Below the pieces are notes generated by a model. It made no database searches. It saw nothing but the letters and a program-made list of their open reading frames with translations, and was not told the origin of the DNA. Made by a program: the position numbers and the translations under genes. DNA of 62,946 bases, filler included. It is 17 parts of 17 records of this genome, joined end to end, with 100 filler letters (N's around TTAATTAATTAA, not from the genome) between each part and the next. Parts side by side here need not be neighbours in the genome. Positions count along the whole stretch, not along the records: positions 11,138 to 14,395 come from SRR7504441_124254; positions 14,496 to 17,504 come from SRR7504441_124291; positions 17,605 to 20,621 come from SRR7504441_124322; positions 20,722 to 24,996 come from SRR7504441_124348; 13 more parts are not named here. One strand, 5' to 3'. This document shows positions 13,082 to 25,096 of the stretch, in pieces. How positions within the stretch are numbered: position 1 is the stretch's first letter; each line of letters opens with the position of its first letter.

Positions 13082-14229
13082 CTAAGTTCGCATCTCAGGC
13101 GCCTCGGTCTTATAGCCACGAGAGCTCAGCCAGGGCGACCCTTGAGCGGAGCGCTGGGCCGCAATCACGGCATCTGTCCGACCTTCCCCAAAGATCCGGT
13201 TGCTGGTGGCTAGGACCCGATGTCCCATGTCCAGCACCTGCAATGCACTCTTAGCTGGCCACTCATCAAGCAAGGCACCTTCTGGCGAGCTAAACCATAC
13301 TCACTCTGGACAGCATGGACATGACCGAGCAACAGATCTGCCTGAAGCTGCTGCAACCAGCCATGTAACACCCGCTGCAGCCGCCGATCCCGTTGCGCCA
13401 GCAGAACTTGTGCTAGCATCCGCGCAGCCATCCGTCGCATCAACGAAGGTGCTACCCCGACCGCGTTATCACATAGCCGCAGCTCCCTCTGAGTTACATC
13501 TTGGACAAAAACATTGTAGCTCTGCTGCGGCTGTAGCACCGCCGCCATCACGCCCAAGCTCTCTGAGAGCGCCTCGCCCGAGAGCGTTGCGAGCGGCATT
13601 TCACTCGCAGTGAGCGCCGCAAGCCCGGCCTGCACGTTCTGCTCAGACTGATCGAGCTCCCTCTCTATTCGGTGCTGCAGCTCAGCCGTCCCACGCTCGT
13701 CCGAGCTCCCGTTCGCTCGCCAGACGGCGCCCAATTGCCGCAAACAGGTGGCCACCCTCCCCTGGCCCACAGGTTTAAACGAGATCCCCTTCTCCGCTGG
13801 GCGCTCTGCCGCCACGCAGTGCTCGCTGGCGGTCCGGGCCAGCGCGGTGAGCCGCTGGAGCAGCGCCTGGGTCATCGCCCGGGCCTGCTCACGGTTGCCG
13901 CCGCGCAGCACCTCGCTGGCCTTGTGGCAGCCCTGCGACACCTCGTTCAGCCCACCGAGCGCGGACAGGATGCCAGCCTCGGCTGCCTCGAGCCGCTCGA
14001 GCTCCTCCCGCCCCCAGTCGGCCACCTGAGTGAGCAGGGCCTCCTCCCGGGCGTGCAGCAGCTCGTGCTGCGCCTTGAACGCCTCTCGGATCTCCCAGGA
14101 GACCGCCATGGCCTCCCCATCCACTCGGGAGGCAAGCGCCCGCGCCGCGTCGATCCCAGCCACCGCCTGCGCCTCTGCCTGCGTGCACTGTGCCAACACC
14201 TCCGACACCGGCACCCCTGCGCGCGACAT
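13082..14229 (-). CDS. Coiled-coil protein (B-box C-terminal/BBC-like helix), function unknown
   Basis: 339-aa ORF with EIREAFKAQHELLHAREEALLTQV heptad pattern. The 3' end probably splices to the 13082-13273 frame. Confidence 0.45.
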
Positions 14230-14569
14230 CGGCCCCCTGTCGCTGACGTGAAACGGCGTCCTTCTCTGTTCGGATTGATGCCAGTCTCATTTTGGTCATT
14301 TGGCCCGTCAGATCACACATCACGCACGGGGCACTCCTCGAGGAACAACATGGTGAGTGAGCCGCCCGCAGGCTCTGTCCGGCCGGCTGACGAGTNNNNN
14401 NNNNNNNNNNNNNNNNNNNNNNNNNNNNNNNNNNNNNNNTTAATTAATTAANNNNNNNNNNNNNNNNNNNNNNNNNNNNNNNNNNNNNNNNNNNNCGCTT
14501 CCGTTGGAAAGGGAGTACTAGAGCACAAGTACGGTACTACGGAATTGAATTCGATTTGCAATATTTTCG

Positions 14570-17144
14570 ATGGCGACTAGGCGACAATCTGCGCTGGGCA
14601 ATCTGAGCCACTCTGGAGCCAACTCCCGAGCATCGATCGGCGCCCCCAGACTGGCAGCACAGAAAGGCGCAAAGACCCCCGGCCGGGCCAGCACCAGTGG
14701 CAGACGATCGTCTATCTTGAAGCGACCGTCGAATATCGGAGGCCGCAAGTCGATGCTCCCAGCCAAGAGTCCACTGCTCAAGCCCCGCTCATCCTCGATT
14801 TACTCTGGGCGTGGATCATCAGCTTTCCTCGATGGCCCCAAGAAGGACACCAGGCCGATCAAGGACAAGCAATGGCAGATGGAGCAGGCCGAAAGCCTGA
14901 TCGAGTTTCTGATCGCTGCGAATTACAACCATCACATCTCGCCCAAAATTCTCATGGCACCGACGCGGAAGGACTTTGAGTGCATCTTTCAATTTCTGTA
15001 CCGCATTATCGACCCGCACATGGAATTTTCCAGCAAGTTTGAGGACGATGTAATCCTCATCTTCAAGCGGCTGCGGTCCCTGCTGCCGGTGGCTGAGCAC
15101 TGAAGTCGAGTGCCGGCAGGTATCCATTTGAGGTGAAGAAAAGTGCGCTACACGCTGTCGGCAGCCCTCAGTATTGGCCTTCGCTCCTTGCTGCGCTGTC
15201 GTGGCTGTTGGAGACCATCAAGGTATTCCCTGCTGGCACTGTGGATTTAACGACTGTACAAGCCACGTGTGAGTATTACAGCTAAACCCCTGTGCTTACT
15301 GGCAGTATGCTATTGCTGCGGAGCGCGACTCTGGATCCTCTGATTTTGGATGCGACGATGATCCGAATCAGGACGACGGTGAAAAGCTGACTTACCAGGT
15401 GACTGCTAATTACCTTCACTGATCACAGTCCGCTACAGTATCTGCAGAGCGCGTATAGATCTTTCCTTGCTGGGGAAGACGAACAAGCGGTTGATGAATT
15501 CTTCGGCCCGCACTACGGTGATCTGCTGTAGATGAGGCTCACTTTGAATTTGGAACAGCCGAGAAGCAGCGTTTGATTTCCGAGGAGATTGCTCGGCTGC
15601 AGAACGAAAAGCAACAGCTCGACGCACAGATGTCGACGTTGCAATCTGGCGAGGTTCTCTGCGCCACTTAATAGATAGTGTGCCTGTATACTGGTTGCTA
15701 CAACTGCCCCGGCTCTGATTGCTTTGCCTAATCAGTCCTTGGTGGGCTCAATCACTCTGCGTCGGAACGACTTTGTGAGCGACGTGGATAAGTTCAGAAA
15801 ATACATCGGTCAGCTTCGGGAAAGGAAAGCTTACCTTCAGGAATCTAAGATGAAACTGGAGAGCGAGGAATCCTCTTGTGGTGAGACATTCCACTGTCGG
15901 CAGCTGTTCGTATCTTGCATATTAACGCTTGTTTTCTTTTTGGCAGATGTAGAGCTTCAGCACTTACAGGGACAGAAGCAAGCACTCATGTTGCAGATAA
16001 ATTGTCAGAAGGTATTTTCACAACGGGAAGTGACAGCAACATTGGACAGGTCAGTGCTGCAGATGTACAGGACATGAACATCGAACGCGCCAAGCGTAGT
16101 GATGCACTCCGCACCGTGAATGCAGCTGTTGATCATTTGACAGAGAAGATCTATGAGGTGTTGCGCGTTGATTTGTCCAACCTAGGCCTAGCATAGCTAG
16201 AATGCCGCGGCACTTGTCTGACTGGTGGTCAGGCCGCTGGTGTCGTTACCAACCATGTGGAACAAATCACCGAGGACGTTAACCTATTCAATCATGTGCC
16301 TACGCCATCTCACAGTATGACTATTGAGCCGATGTGCACAGCGCGGAAGTGAGCTAAAAGTTCTGCCGGCACATGCCAAGTATGCAAATGGTACGGAGCT
16401 GCAGCTCGCAGTTGCCTCTGTAGGCTCCGAAGATGAGGGTAATGTGAACCTGGACCTGAAATCATACATGAAGGTGCAGGCAATATGATGCGCTTATGCT
16501 CACACTCTGTTGTGAAATGTATGCAGCCAGCTCTGAAGCAACTCAAGGAACTTCATAACAGTAAGTGCCATCAAGCATGTGAAGACCTCATCACTCTCAA
16601 GGTATCTATCTCACTGCCCTGAATGTTGAACAGTGTCAACCATGTGCTGCCGATGCTCAGGGTCAGTCAACCTTTGCTGATGACGGCTGCAGGATCAGTT
16701 CAATCAAATTGATGATCGTGTCTGCGAGAAGGAGGCTATTGTTGATGAGACGCGGAGTATGATACAAAGGATCGAACTCGAGGCCAAATCTGCCAAGGAC
16801 GAGGAGGAGAAAGTCGATAGCCTTCACCAGAGCAGGGCATCAGTTGAGGCTGAGATTGCTCGAATCAAGGAGGCACATGAAAAACAAGTCAGCACCCTCC
16901 AAAGAGAAATTGATGATGCAAAGACACAGTGACCTTTGGCACACTTGCTGAAGCCTCACTTGCTGTTTTTTACAGGTATGAACACATGAAATCTGAGTAT
17001 GCAATGGAGAACAGTGACATCGAACAAAACCTGAGACGATTCCTGGACCAAGTGACTGATCACAAGATGTACATTCACAACAACTTGCGCCAAATTGAGC
17101 GCCACACCACTCAACTCCGGCAGCAAGTGGAGGATTCATTGTAG
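14570..17144 (+). CDS. NDC80: Kinetochore protein Ndc80/HEC1, multi-exon
   Basis: Basic Ser/Arg N-tail. CH domain DTRPIKDKQWQ...LMAPTRKDFECIFQFLYRIIDP...FKRLR|YPFEVKKSALHAVGSPQYWPSLLAALSWL (44-nt intron 15076-15119). Long coiled coil to TAG at 17144. Confidence 0.93.
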
Positions 17145-17349
17145 ATCTAGAGATGTGTCATTGTTCTGGGATGAGAAGGTAATGAGAAGGTGCCTTGGAA
17201 GTACTCCTGGAAAATTGTCCAGAGGACCATTTTGAGGGGGTTTCGAGAACTTCATACGCAGTAAAAGACCCTAGGAAACTGCAGTTTTTGAACTTCTCAA
17301 GAGCTCAAGCATGTTCTTTACATGTACACTTACACTGAACCAACCAACA

Positions 17350-17382
17350 TTACAACGAACTCACAACGAACTTACAACGAAC
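17350..17382 (+). repeat. Short tandem repeat, 3 x 11 bp (TYACAACGAAC)
   Basis: TTACAACGAAC TCACAACGAAC TTACAACGAAC in AT-rich DNA downstream of NDC80. Confidence 0.8.
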
Positions 17383-17604
17383 TAACATTATTATAACAAA
17401 ATTATAACATATTAAATAATGCTAGCTACGATCCATGCAGAAGTTCTTGAGATCGTGTTTGGCTGTGTCAATTGCCTGAGTTCTACTTATAAATAAACCA
17501 GATTNNNNNNNNNNNNNNNNNNNNNNNNNNNNNNNNNNNNNNNNNNNNTTAATTAATTAANNNNNNNNNNNNNNNNNNNNNNNNNNNNNNNNNNNNNNNN
17601 NNNN

Positions 17605-18018
17605 GCTCTCGCGGACAAGGTCGCCACCAAGCTCACCGGTCTCCTCCAAGTCGGCCAGGGGGCATGCGGCGGCATTGCAATTGGCGGCAGCTGCAACAAC
17701 GTCGGCGGCTCTTGCAACGGCGCATGCGCAAGCCAAACAACATGCACCACTTGCTGCGACGGCGGCACGCCGAATAATGGTGCATGCGGGTCCGCGGCCC
17801 CTGGAGGCACGGGTATGCCGGCCGCCCCCGCTGGGTCGATACCGAACTGGGTCGACGTCATGAAGAACACCATGGTGATGCCGGGACTCCTCCAAGCCAA
17901 GGACTGCTCCACCGTAGGCACCAAGATCTGCAAGAACGGCGACTGCACGTGCGGCGATGCCAACGGATGTACCCAGAACGGCAACACGATTGTGTACGGT
18001 GCTAAATTCGGTTGCTGA
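17605..18018 (+). CDS. Cys/Gly-rich small protein, C-terminal part (probably secreted)
   Basis: Frame open from the contig edge: ALADKVATKLTGLLQVGQGACGGIAIGGSCNNVGGSCNGAC...GAKFGC*, 14 Cys in about 137 aa. Confidence 0.6.
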   Translation, partial: ALADKVATKLTGLLQVGQGACGGIAIGGSCNNVGGSCNGACASQTTCTTCCDGGTPNNGACGSAAPGGTGMPAAPAGSIPNWVDVMKNTMVMPGLLQAKDCSTVGTKICKNGDCTCGDANGCTQNGNTIVYGAKFGC

Positions 18019-18274
18019 ATTCGGGAGCACTTGCGGCGTTGCGGCGTTGAGGTCCAGCTCTATGAAGAGACAGAAGCGGAACAGACAATCGAGTGAATCG
18101 ACTAGACACGGCGACGACAAGACGAGGTAACGAGTAGAAGTAAGAATGAATTGCTTCATTGATTTATTACGTAGCATTGTCAAGCAAACAAGTACACTGT
18201 CTTGCATACACGTGCCAATGATTAATTCAATTCTGTTATCAAAGCTAAGCTCACGTGTACGTGACGGCGCGGAT

Positions 18275-19810
18275 TCAGCCATGATTCAAGCACATAAAAG
18301 TAGTCGACAGCGGGGCTAGTGCTACGCCACTTTGGGCCGACCCTTCCCGAGCCTCTGCCGGTATACGCGCCAAAAAGCTTTGGGGGTCTTGATGCGAGAC
18401 ATCAATTACCGTAGGCAATTGTGCACCGTTGAGTAGAGAGTGCTGGCTGAAAGGACCGTGGATGTCAGTTTGATTGGGCCCGAGGGTCCACGCCGCATAC
18501 CGGCCATTTACAGGGAGCGAACCAAGCTTGATCTGGACCTCCTGCAGGTTGATTAAGACGAGCTGTAGGCTTGCAGAGAGGCAGGCGGGCTCAGCGTGCG
18601 TGGAGGGCGGAGGTCCCGCAAAGGCATAGGCGCGGAGATTGGTACTGGATGAAGTGGCGTTCAAGACCTTTGGGCCGATTGTTCGTTTCCAGAGGAAATT
18701 CGTCCAGTAGTCTGGCCGGATCACAACCGGGTCACTCGGACCCAAAGCCTGGGCGCGGCTAATGCTGTTGGTGAGCCCGTAGTACCCTCCAAACAAGTCT
18801 TGCCGTTGGTACTGAACAAACCCATGCTTGGCCCTCAGCCCCAAGTCGTCCGCATACCACAGCGTGGTTGCGTAGGTACCACACGCGCTATTCTTCCCGC
18901 ATGTGCCATCTGGCCCGCCGCCTGTCGGGCCGTTCTCCCCAGCCCAAATCTGAGATGTGTGAGCAGACTTTTTGATCACAGTAGTGTACCATCCAATCTC
19001 AGTAAGCGAGCTGTCGAGCTTGCGCGAGTCGTTGAAGTTTGTTCGGCCGATTCCGCCATAAACATGATGTGTAACGGCGTGCAGCCCAGACCGATTCACC
19101 AGCGGTAGGTACGATTCCAGCCAGGCCAGTGGATTGCGCCCGCCGGTGTCGGGTCCGATCAACACAGCGTGAGGCTGCGCCGCACGCACCATCGGCCCGA
19201 ACCTAAGCTGGGCTCGAGCCTGCTGCTCCGGGGTTTGGCCGCAGCTGGTGCCCGGGCCGTTATTATTCACCTCATTCCCGAGCTCAAACCCCCACACTGG
19301 CTGGTTGCTCCGATTGAGGTAGCTCAGCAGGCTCGCCGCGTTCCCGGCCTGCCACTCGTACCGGTCGCCCTGGGCGCAGGCGGCCTCTTTCCCGTAGGCC
19401 ACCCCGAAAACAAGCTGGGCGCCGCTCCGAGCAGCCAGGCCGTACAGCGCGTCCCAGTGGGTGGCGTTCAGGCAGCCGGGGTCATCGTACCCAAGCTGGC
19501 TGCAGTTGCCGCTGGGCAGGATCCCCCGGCACTCGGGCGATCCTGGCGAGAGCCCGTAGATCAGGTTGTCGTTGCCGGAGCCGCCGAACCGAAGCTTGCT
19601 CGGGTGTAGCCCAACCGCGGCGGCGAGCAGGTTGGGGTTGGTGAAGTTGATGTGGTGAAAGCCTCGGTTGCACGAAGAGTCGATGTTCCAGGAGGCATAG
19701 GTCGGCTCAGTGGTGGAGAGCGGGGTCGCCGAGGCCAGCGAGACTCGCACCGGCACAGGCGAGGCCGCCGCGAGGATGTCGCAGAGCAGCACTGTTGCGA
19801 GGGAGCGCAT
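18275..19810 (-). CDS. Glycoside hydrolase family 79 (heparanase/beta-glucuronidase-like), secreted, no intron needed
   Basis: Signal peptide MRSLATVLLCDILAAA. Motifs LRFGGS, WGFELGNEVN (acid/base Glu), IWAGENG (nucleophile Glu), RQDLFGGYYGL and RPDYW. Confidence 0.88.
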   Translation of the reverse strand: MRSLATVLLCDILAAASPVPVRVSLASATPLSTTEPTYASWNIDSSCNRGFHHINFTNPNLLAAAVGLHPSKLRFGGSGNDNLIYGLSPGSPECRGILPSGNCSQLGYDDPGCLNATHWDALYGLAARSGAQLVFGVAYGKEAACAQGDRYEWQAGNAASLLSYLNRSNQPVWGFELGNEVNNNGPGTSCGQTPEQQARAQLRFGPMVRAAQPHAVLIGPDTGGRNPLAWLESYLPLVNRSGLHAVTHHVYGGIGRTNFNDSRKLDSSLTEIGWYTTVIKKSAHTSQIWAGENGPTGGGPDGTCGKNSACGTYATTLWYADDLGLRAKHGFVQYQRQDLFGGYYGLTNSISRAQALGPSDPVVIRPDYWTNFLWKRTIGPKVLNATSSSTNLRAYAFAGPPPSTHAEPACLSASLQLVLINLQEVQIKLGSLPVNGRYAAWTLGPNQTDIHGPFSQHSLLNGAQLPTVIDVSHQDPQSFLARIPAEAREGSAQSGVALAPLSTTFMCLNHG

Positions 19811-19924
19811 TGTGAGGTATCGTCCACAGTGCCGGTGTCGTCCACAGTGACCCGCCAGTCGGCCAGATCGCAACGGAAGGTCTTCTCGGGTCGTGACTCG
19901 CCAGGGGCTCCCACGACACGCAAT

Positions 19925-20621
19925 ATGCGCAGCCTGATGCTGGTTCGGTCCCAGACCCGTCTCCTGCGGCGGGGCGCAGTGGGCTGCGGGGTGGCGGTCG
20001 CTGCCAGCCGGCTCTTCTGCGCTCCGGTGCCCCTGGCCCGGGCCGGGTGGACCGGACCGGTGGCCAGGCGGTCGCCGAGGCGCCGGAGGGGCCGCGAGCC
20101 GGCATGGTGCTCTACCACTACTCGGTGTGCCCGTGGTGCAACAAGGTGCGGCAGGCCGGCCGGGCGGGGCTCAGTGCGGGTGCAGCTGCGGGCCTGGTTA
20201 GACTATCATAAACTGGAGTACAGCACGGTGGAGGTGGCCGGCCGGCCCAGCCTGCTGCCGAATCCGACTCAGGTCAACCCGATCACCAAGGAGGAGATCA
20301 AGTTCTCCGAGTACAAGAAGGTGCCGGTGGTGGTGCTCGAGGACCAGCGCCAGCTCAACGACTCTACCCTCATCCTGGACGAGCTGACCGAGCAACTCCG
20401 GGCGGCTGGCAGTCTCCGGTGCCCCGGCAGATCAAGGACAGGGCGAGCGGCCGGGCAGGGTGGCGGAGGCCCCTGGCGGAGATCAGTGGTCCAAGTGGGC
20501 GGACACAAGGTGCTCGCTGCCGGAGCGTGCTGAGCTGCCCTGCAGGCTGGTTCAAGCGCTGACCGTAAGCATCTACCGGTCGCCCTCGGAGAGCCTGCAG
20601 GTGGGTACAGCCGGGGGGGGG
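19925..20621 (+). CDS. PTGES2: Prostaglandin E synthase 2-like glutaredoxin/GST protein (3'-truncated)
   Basis: After removing short introns: YHYSVCPWCNK|LRAWLDYHKLEYSTVE|VNPITKEEIKFSEYKKVPVV...QLNDSTLI, matching the mPGES-2 CPFC...VEVNP...IKFS pattern. Arg-rich presequence-like N-terminus. Confidence 0.85.
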
Positions 20622-21143
20622 NNNNNNNNNNNNNNNNNNNNNNNNNNNNNNNNNNNNNNNNNNNNTTAATTAATTAANNNNNNNNNNNNNNNNNNNNNNN
20701 NNNNNNNNNNNNNNNNNNNNNTGAGGAATCTTCTCCCAGATGCCTGGCAGCGAGCCGGCTGTCGCTGCCTGTGGTCGACAAGGCGGACTTGCCCAACAGC
20801 TTTGTTTTCCCGGATATTCAACCAACCGCACCGCCTTCGGAGGAGCAGCTGATGCAGATGGGCACCGAGGCCCTGCTCCAACAAAACCGGCGCTAATCAG
20901 TTCCACAAGCACTTGACGTGGAAACAATCATAACATTTGTCAATCATTATTAATCATCAATAATTAGTTGGTTTTTACAGTACAGTACGAACTGTTACCC
21001 GTGCTTAGCCTATCCTTTACCCAGCTGCTTAGCCCTGGACGTCCCCCTTGCTCATAATTTTGCTCACCCAGTCCCACCCTGCTCTTCTCACCAGGTGCGG
21101 ATACGTCCGTTATTCGTGTCGGACGCGCGACGGTGCCAGAAAC

Positions 21144-21473
21144 ATGGGGCGGGAGGAGGCCAAGGCACAGTCCAAGGCGGCGGCGCAGGAGAAGTGCGAG
21201 GCGGCCAGGCTGAAGAAAGAGGCCCGGCGGGAGAAGCAGTGGGCGCAGGGCGCAAAGGATAACTCCAAGGCGGATGCAGTGGCGGACAAGGCGGCGGCAT
21301 CAGCACAGCGCAAGGCGGCTGCGCGGGCTCAGCTGGAGGCTGAGGGCGGCGTGGTGGAGGAACCTAAGGCGGCCAAGTCGGCGGCTGGGAAGCGGATTAA
21401 GTGCCCGGGGTGCGGCAAATTCAACGTCATAACCAAGAAGAAGCCGTGCCCGAACTGCACGCTGGGGAAATAA
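21144..21473 (+). CDS. Lso2/CCDC124-like small basic helical protein with C-terminal CxxC-CxxC zinc ribbon
   Basis: MGREEAKAQSKAAAQEK...EKQWAQGAKDNSK...RKAAARAQLEAE resembles the Lso2/CCDC124 N-terminal helices (W-x-Q-G). Tail KCPGCGKFNVITKKKPCPNC. Confidence 0.5.
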   Translation: MGREEAKAQSKAAAQEKCEAARLKKEARREKQWAQGAKDNSKADAVADKAAASAQRKAAARAQLEAEGGVVEEPKAAKSAAGKRIKCPGCGKFNVITKKKPCPNCTLGK

Positions 21474-21679
21474 TAACACACAGGTAGTGAAACAACTGTG
21501 GCGGGGCACTGCCGCGGCCAGGGGGCAGCGGCTGAGCCCGGGTGCGGCTGGCATAATAGTCAGAATAGAATAAAGCTCTAGGGATCGACTCGGCTTCAGC
21601 TTGAACAACGAATCACGCTATGTACCCATGCGAGGTTGCAATAGATGTATCAATGCTATATGATCTATGTATCTGACGC

Positions 21680-22808
21680 TCAACTATTTGGTTTAATGAT
21701 AGCACCCAGCTTAGCTTCCAGCCCTCTGCCAAGGCCACGCTGGAGCACTTTCGGCGCCGATGCGTAGTACCCGAACTGAGATAGCGGAAACACCTCACAC
21801 GGCCGGATAAGCACCGACACAGCCATCAGCGCCGTGAGCCCGGCCACCAGCACTGGCGGGAGCCACGATTGGCCCGGCAGGGACGGCTCGGGCGGGCTGG
21901 CGAGCCCGGCTAAGCACTGCCAGTCGGCCATCACTAGATAGCAGCACATCTGGTGGTTGAAGACCGGCGGGAGCACACACGCTATCCCCAGGTGGAACCC
22001 GCACATCAGCAGCAGGAATGCCGGCTTAGCCTCGCCCCAGAGGTTGCCCGCGCACAGGCCCAGCTCGAGCAGCAGCGTGCCGTATCCTAGCACCAAGCAT
22101 ACGGCTGGATGAGCACACAGCCAGCTCTTGAGCCAAGGCACGCGTGGCTGCACCTGGCACATGCTCAGCCAAGTCGCAGCCCAGGCGCACCATCTTGCGC
22201 CCTAGAATCTCCCGGAGCGAGCTCCCCCATCGCGGATTGGCCTGCAGCTTTGCGGCCACCGACCCTATCAGCGACCACGACAGGTGGTAGTAGGCGAGCT
22301 GCTCAGCCAGCCCGGGCCAGCTGCTGGCTGCCGGCGCGAAGGGGTAGGCCGGCCCCCACCGGTTGGCCAGCAGCCGGTCAACGGACAGATCCCAGCCGGC
22401 GGCCAGGCACATGAACCCCAGCGTGAAGGTCGTCACAATGTGCTTCTTGACAGACCGGAATTCCGACAATATTCCGGCAAGCCAGAACCAGCCAACCGCT
22501 GCCAGAACCCGCGGCCCCAGCCCGCCGGCCCCAGCGGCCGACAGGACGAAGGCCAGACGGGTGGCCTGAGTGAGGCCGGCGGTGACTGCCGGTGCGCCTG
22601 CGATGCTTGGGAAGAGCCGGCAGACCAGCCCTTGGGGCGCGCGCAGGCAAGGCCGGCGGGCCTGCAGTTGGGCTGCCCCCCACGGGCTGTCGGCCGCCGG
22701 GAAGCCAGGACAAAGCAGCAGCGAGTAGAACAGCGCTCGGGACCAGCCTCGCAGCATGGGGTGCCGTTGTAAAGCCGCTCGGATAACCTTGAACGAGTCT
22801 TGAATCAT
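21680..22808 (-). CDS. HTTM-like multi-pass membrane protein (2 exons)
   Basis: LSVDRLL...SSWP, AAKL...W, TLLLELGL...FHLGI...PPVF and EVFPLSQFGYYA motifs. Frames 22026-22808 and 21680-22162 are joined by an intron near 22155-22190. Confidence 0.5.
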
Positions 22809-23138
22809 GTATACAAGTACGCAGTACTGTAAACTGTACAGAGCGGTAGAGCATCCTCTAACATACCTCCGGCATGGTGGTATTCATCATATGAATACCT
22901 GAGGGAGATGAGAGTTATAACGGTATAGAATGGCAACGCTATTAGGCCGGTACGAGTACGGCTGTATTTTAGCATGCGGTTATTAACTAACATTTATTGT
23001 ATTGAAGTGCAGCTTCGGTCGGTTAGCTATTTGACATTTATGCACACGTGTCATCAATCTCGTGAACCGGATATTCTACATATCGAGATTGAGCTTGTCG
23101 ACCTATTGCCGATCTAGCCCGCAGGCGCACTAGGCAAT

Positions 23139-23780
23139 TCACAGATCGACAGATTTGGTAGGAACCTTATTGGTGGGGACCCCAACCTCCATCCCCAGTT
23201 CTTGCATCGAAGGCAGCTCATAATGACCCGCGGTCTTATCCAGCGGGTCCAAGTTGTGAACCCTGTCGGCCCTCCGGACCGCCCGAGTCCTCGGGTCCCG
23301 CCAGCACCTCTCCATGGTAATCGTGTTGTGGAAGTACAACCTGCCTGGTCCCGAACCTCACCCAGCCGCACCGGCCACGCGCACCGGTGTCCTCTTCGTC
23401 CACCGCCGCATACCAACCGGGGGGTGCGGGCTTTTTGGGTCTGTTCTTGAACTCCTCGGCTGCAAGCCGCGCGGCCTGCCGGGCTGTTTGCCGGCCCCGG
23501 GCAGGCCGGGGGGACCTCCTTCTGGTAGTAGGACCAGACCGTGTATACGGCGTAGGCCGCTATCAGGAGGACCATCGTGCCGATGATGATTCCGAGCTTG
23601 AGCCAGAAGTCTGGGTCCGGCAACTTGAGTTCATCCTGCCAGACCTGCTGGCCGGCCTCGGGCAGGGCGGACCTCCTGAACTTGTCCGTTGACGTCTTTA
23701 AGGTCGATCGCCACGTCGTCCTGGCCGAGTGCCGCCGCGAGCATTACGAGGAGCAGCCATCCTCGAGGAGAAGGCGACAT
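23139..23780 (-). CDS. Small type-I membrane protein, unknown function (multi-exon)
   Basis: Signal peptide MSPSPRGWLLLVMLAAALG and a single TM LGIIIGTMVLLIAAYAVYTVW. Exons inferred across three ORF-track frames. Confidence 0.5.
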
Positions 23781-23821
23781 TGGCCAACGTTGGACTTTAT
23801 TCGATGATCGATCGCAGAAAT

Positions 23822-24670
23822 ATGGAAACGAACGGAGCGCTGGAGGCTGAGCCGCCGGCACCGGCACAGCAGGAGGAGCTGGCTGCTGCCCCAGTCGATC
23901 CGGAACCTGTGCACAATGCCGGAGCCGCTTTGGTGAGCGGGCCTGCGGCAGCTTGGACGGCCCCGGGCCCGGTCCAGCCGCCGGTAAAAGCCACCGCACT
24001 GCCGCCGGTAAAAGCCACAGCACTGAATCTCGGAGGTCCTGCCGGTCCGGTGGGCCCGGCCCCGGGGGTGCTTGGGGGGGGCACATTCTCTAGGCTGCAG
24101 CCGGCGTTTACTCGGGTCAAGTTCCCACCGCCCCGAGCGCTGATCCGTCCGATGGCAATCCCGGCCCCCGAGCCCCCCCCGCCGCCCGCCCAGACCAAAT
24201 ACCCCATCGGCCCGCCCAAAATCGGCACCAACTATGGCATGCTGCCGCCGTGCGCGATCGAGCCCCAGCGTCCGTCCCAGCGCGCCCGCAAGGCGGCGGC
24301 GCCCAAGCGGAAGGCGCCGCACCCCGGGCTGCCGGACCGGGCGGAGCTGTGGGCCACGATCCAGCAGATTGGGCTGGAGATTGGGGTCCGACCCGGCATG
24401 CTGCCAGCCCTGCAAGAGCCGGAGGGCCAAGCGGCCGACCGGCTAGAGGCGTTGTGGGCGCAGCTCAAGAAGGTTGAGAAGCCGGGAGAGTCTCCGAGCT
24501 GGCTGAGGCGGTACAAGCGGCTGATGAGCGAGGCGGCTGGCCCGGGGGTGGTTTCGGGGAAGGGCGATACGGTCAGCTGGGCTCCGGAGTTTGTAGAGTT
24601 TGTTAAGACAGTTGATCCGAACAGAGTGGCTGAGCTGCTAGGTACTGAATCCAAGTCGTTCCTAGTCTAG
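23822..24670 (+). CDS. Proline-rich hypothetical protein
   Basis: Long GC-rich ORF from ATG 23822 to TAG 24670, followed by AT-rich 3' DNA. No family recognised. Confidence 0.55.
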   Translation: METNGALEAEPPAPAQQEELAAAPVDPEPVHNAGAALVSGPAAAWTAPGPVQPPVKATALPPVKATALNLGGPAGPVGPAPGVLGGGTFSRLQPAFTRVKFPPPRALIRPMAIPAPEPPPPPAQTKYPIGPPKIGTNYGMLPPCAIEPQRPSQRARKAAAPKRKAPHPGLPDRAELWATIQQIGLEIGVRPGMLPALQEPEGQAADRLEALWAQLKKVEKPGESPSWLRRYKRLMSEAAGPGVVSGKGDTVSWAPEFVEFVKTVDPNRVAELLGTESKSFLV

Positions 24671-25096
24671 TAATAGCCAAATCTTAAATAGAAATAGACA
24701 CGAACCGGAAATAAATAGTTGACTCTTATGCAATGAAAATTCTAACTTTTTCGTTCTGGTACTCAATTGAGACTCTAATAATTGTACGAATATTATTAAA
24801 ATATCAAATCTCTAGGAACCTGGTTTTTGCGAAGCCGTCGGAGTTGGTCGCTGGTGCAAAGCTGCAGTACACTACCCGCCGCCACCAGCGCCGTCACTAT
24901 CTCGTCATGGCTGCGCCCGCACTCAGTTGCCAGCATCAGCGCATTGTGCCCATGCTCATTCTGCAGATCCAGCTCCGCCCCCGCCCCGATCAGCGCNNNN
25001 NNNNNNNNNNNNNNNNNNNNNNNNNNNNNNNNNNNNNNNNTTAATTAATTAANNNNNNNNNNNNNNNNNNNNNNNNNNNNNNNNNNNNNNNNNNNN

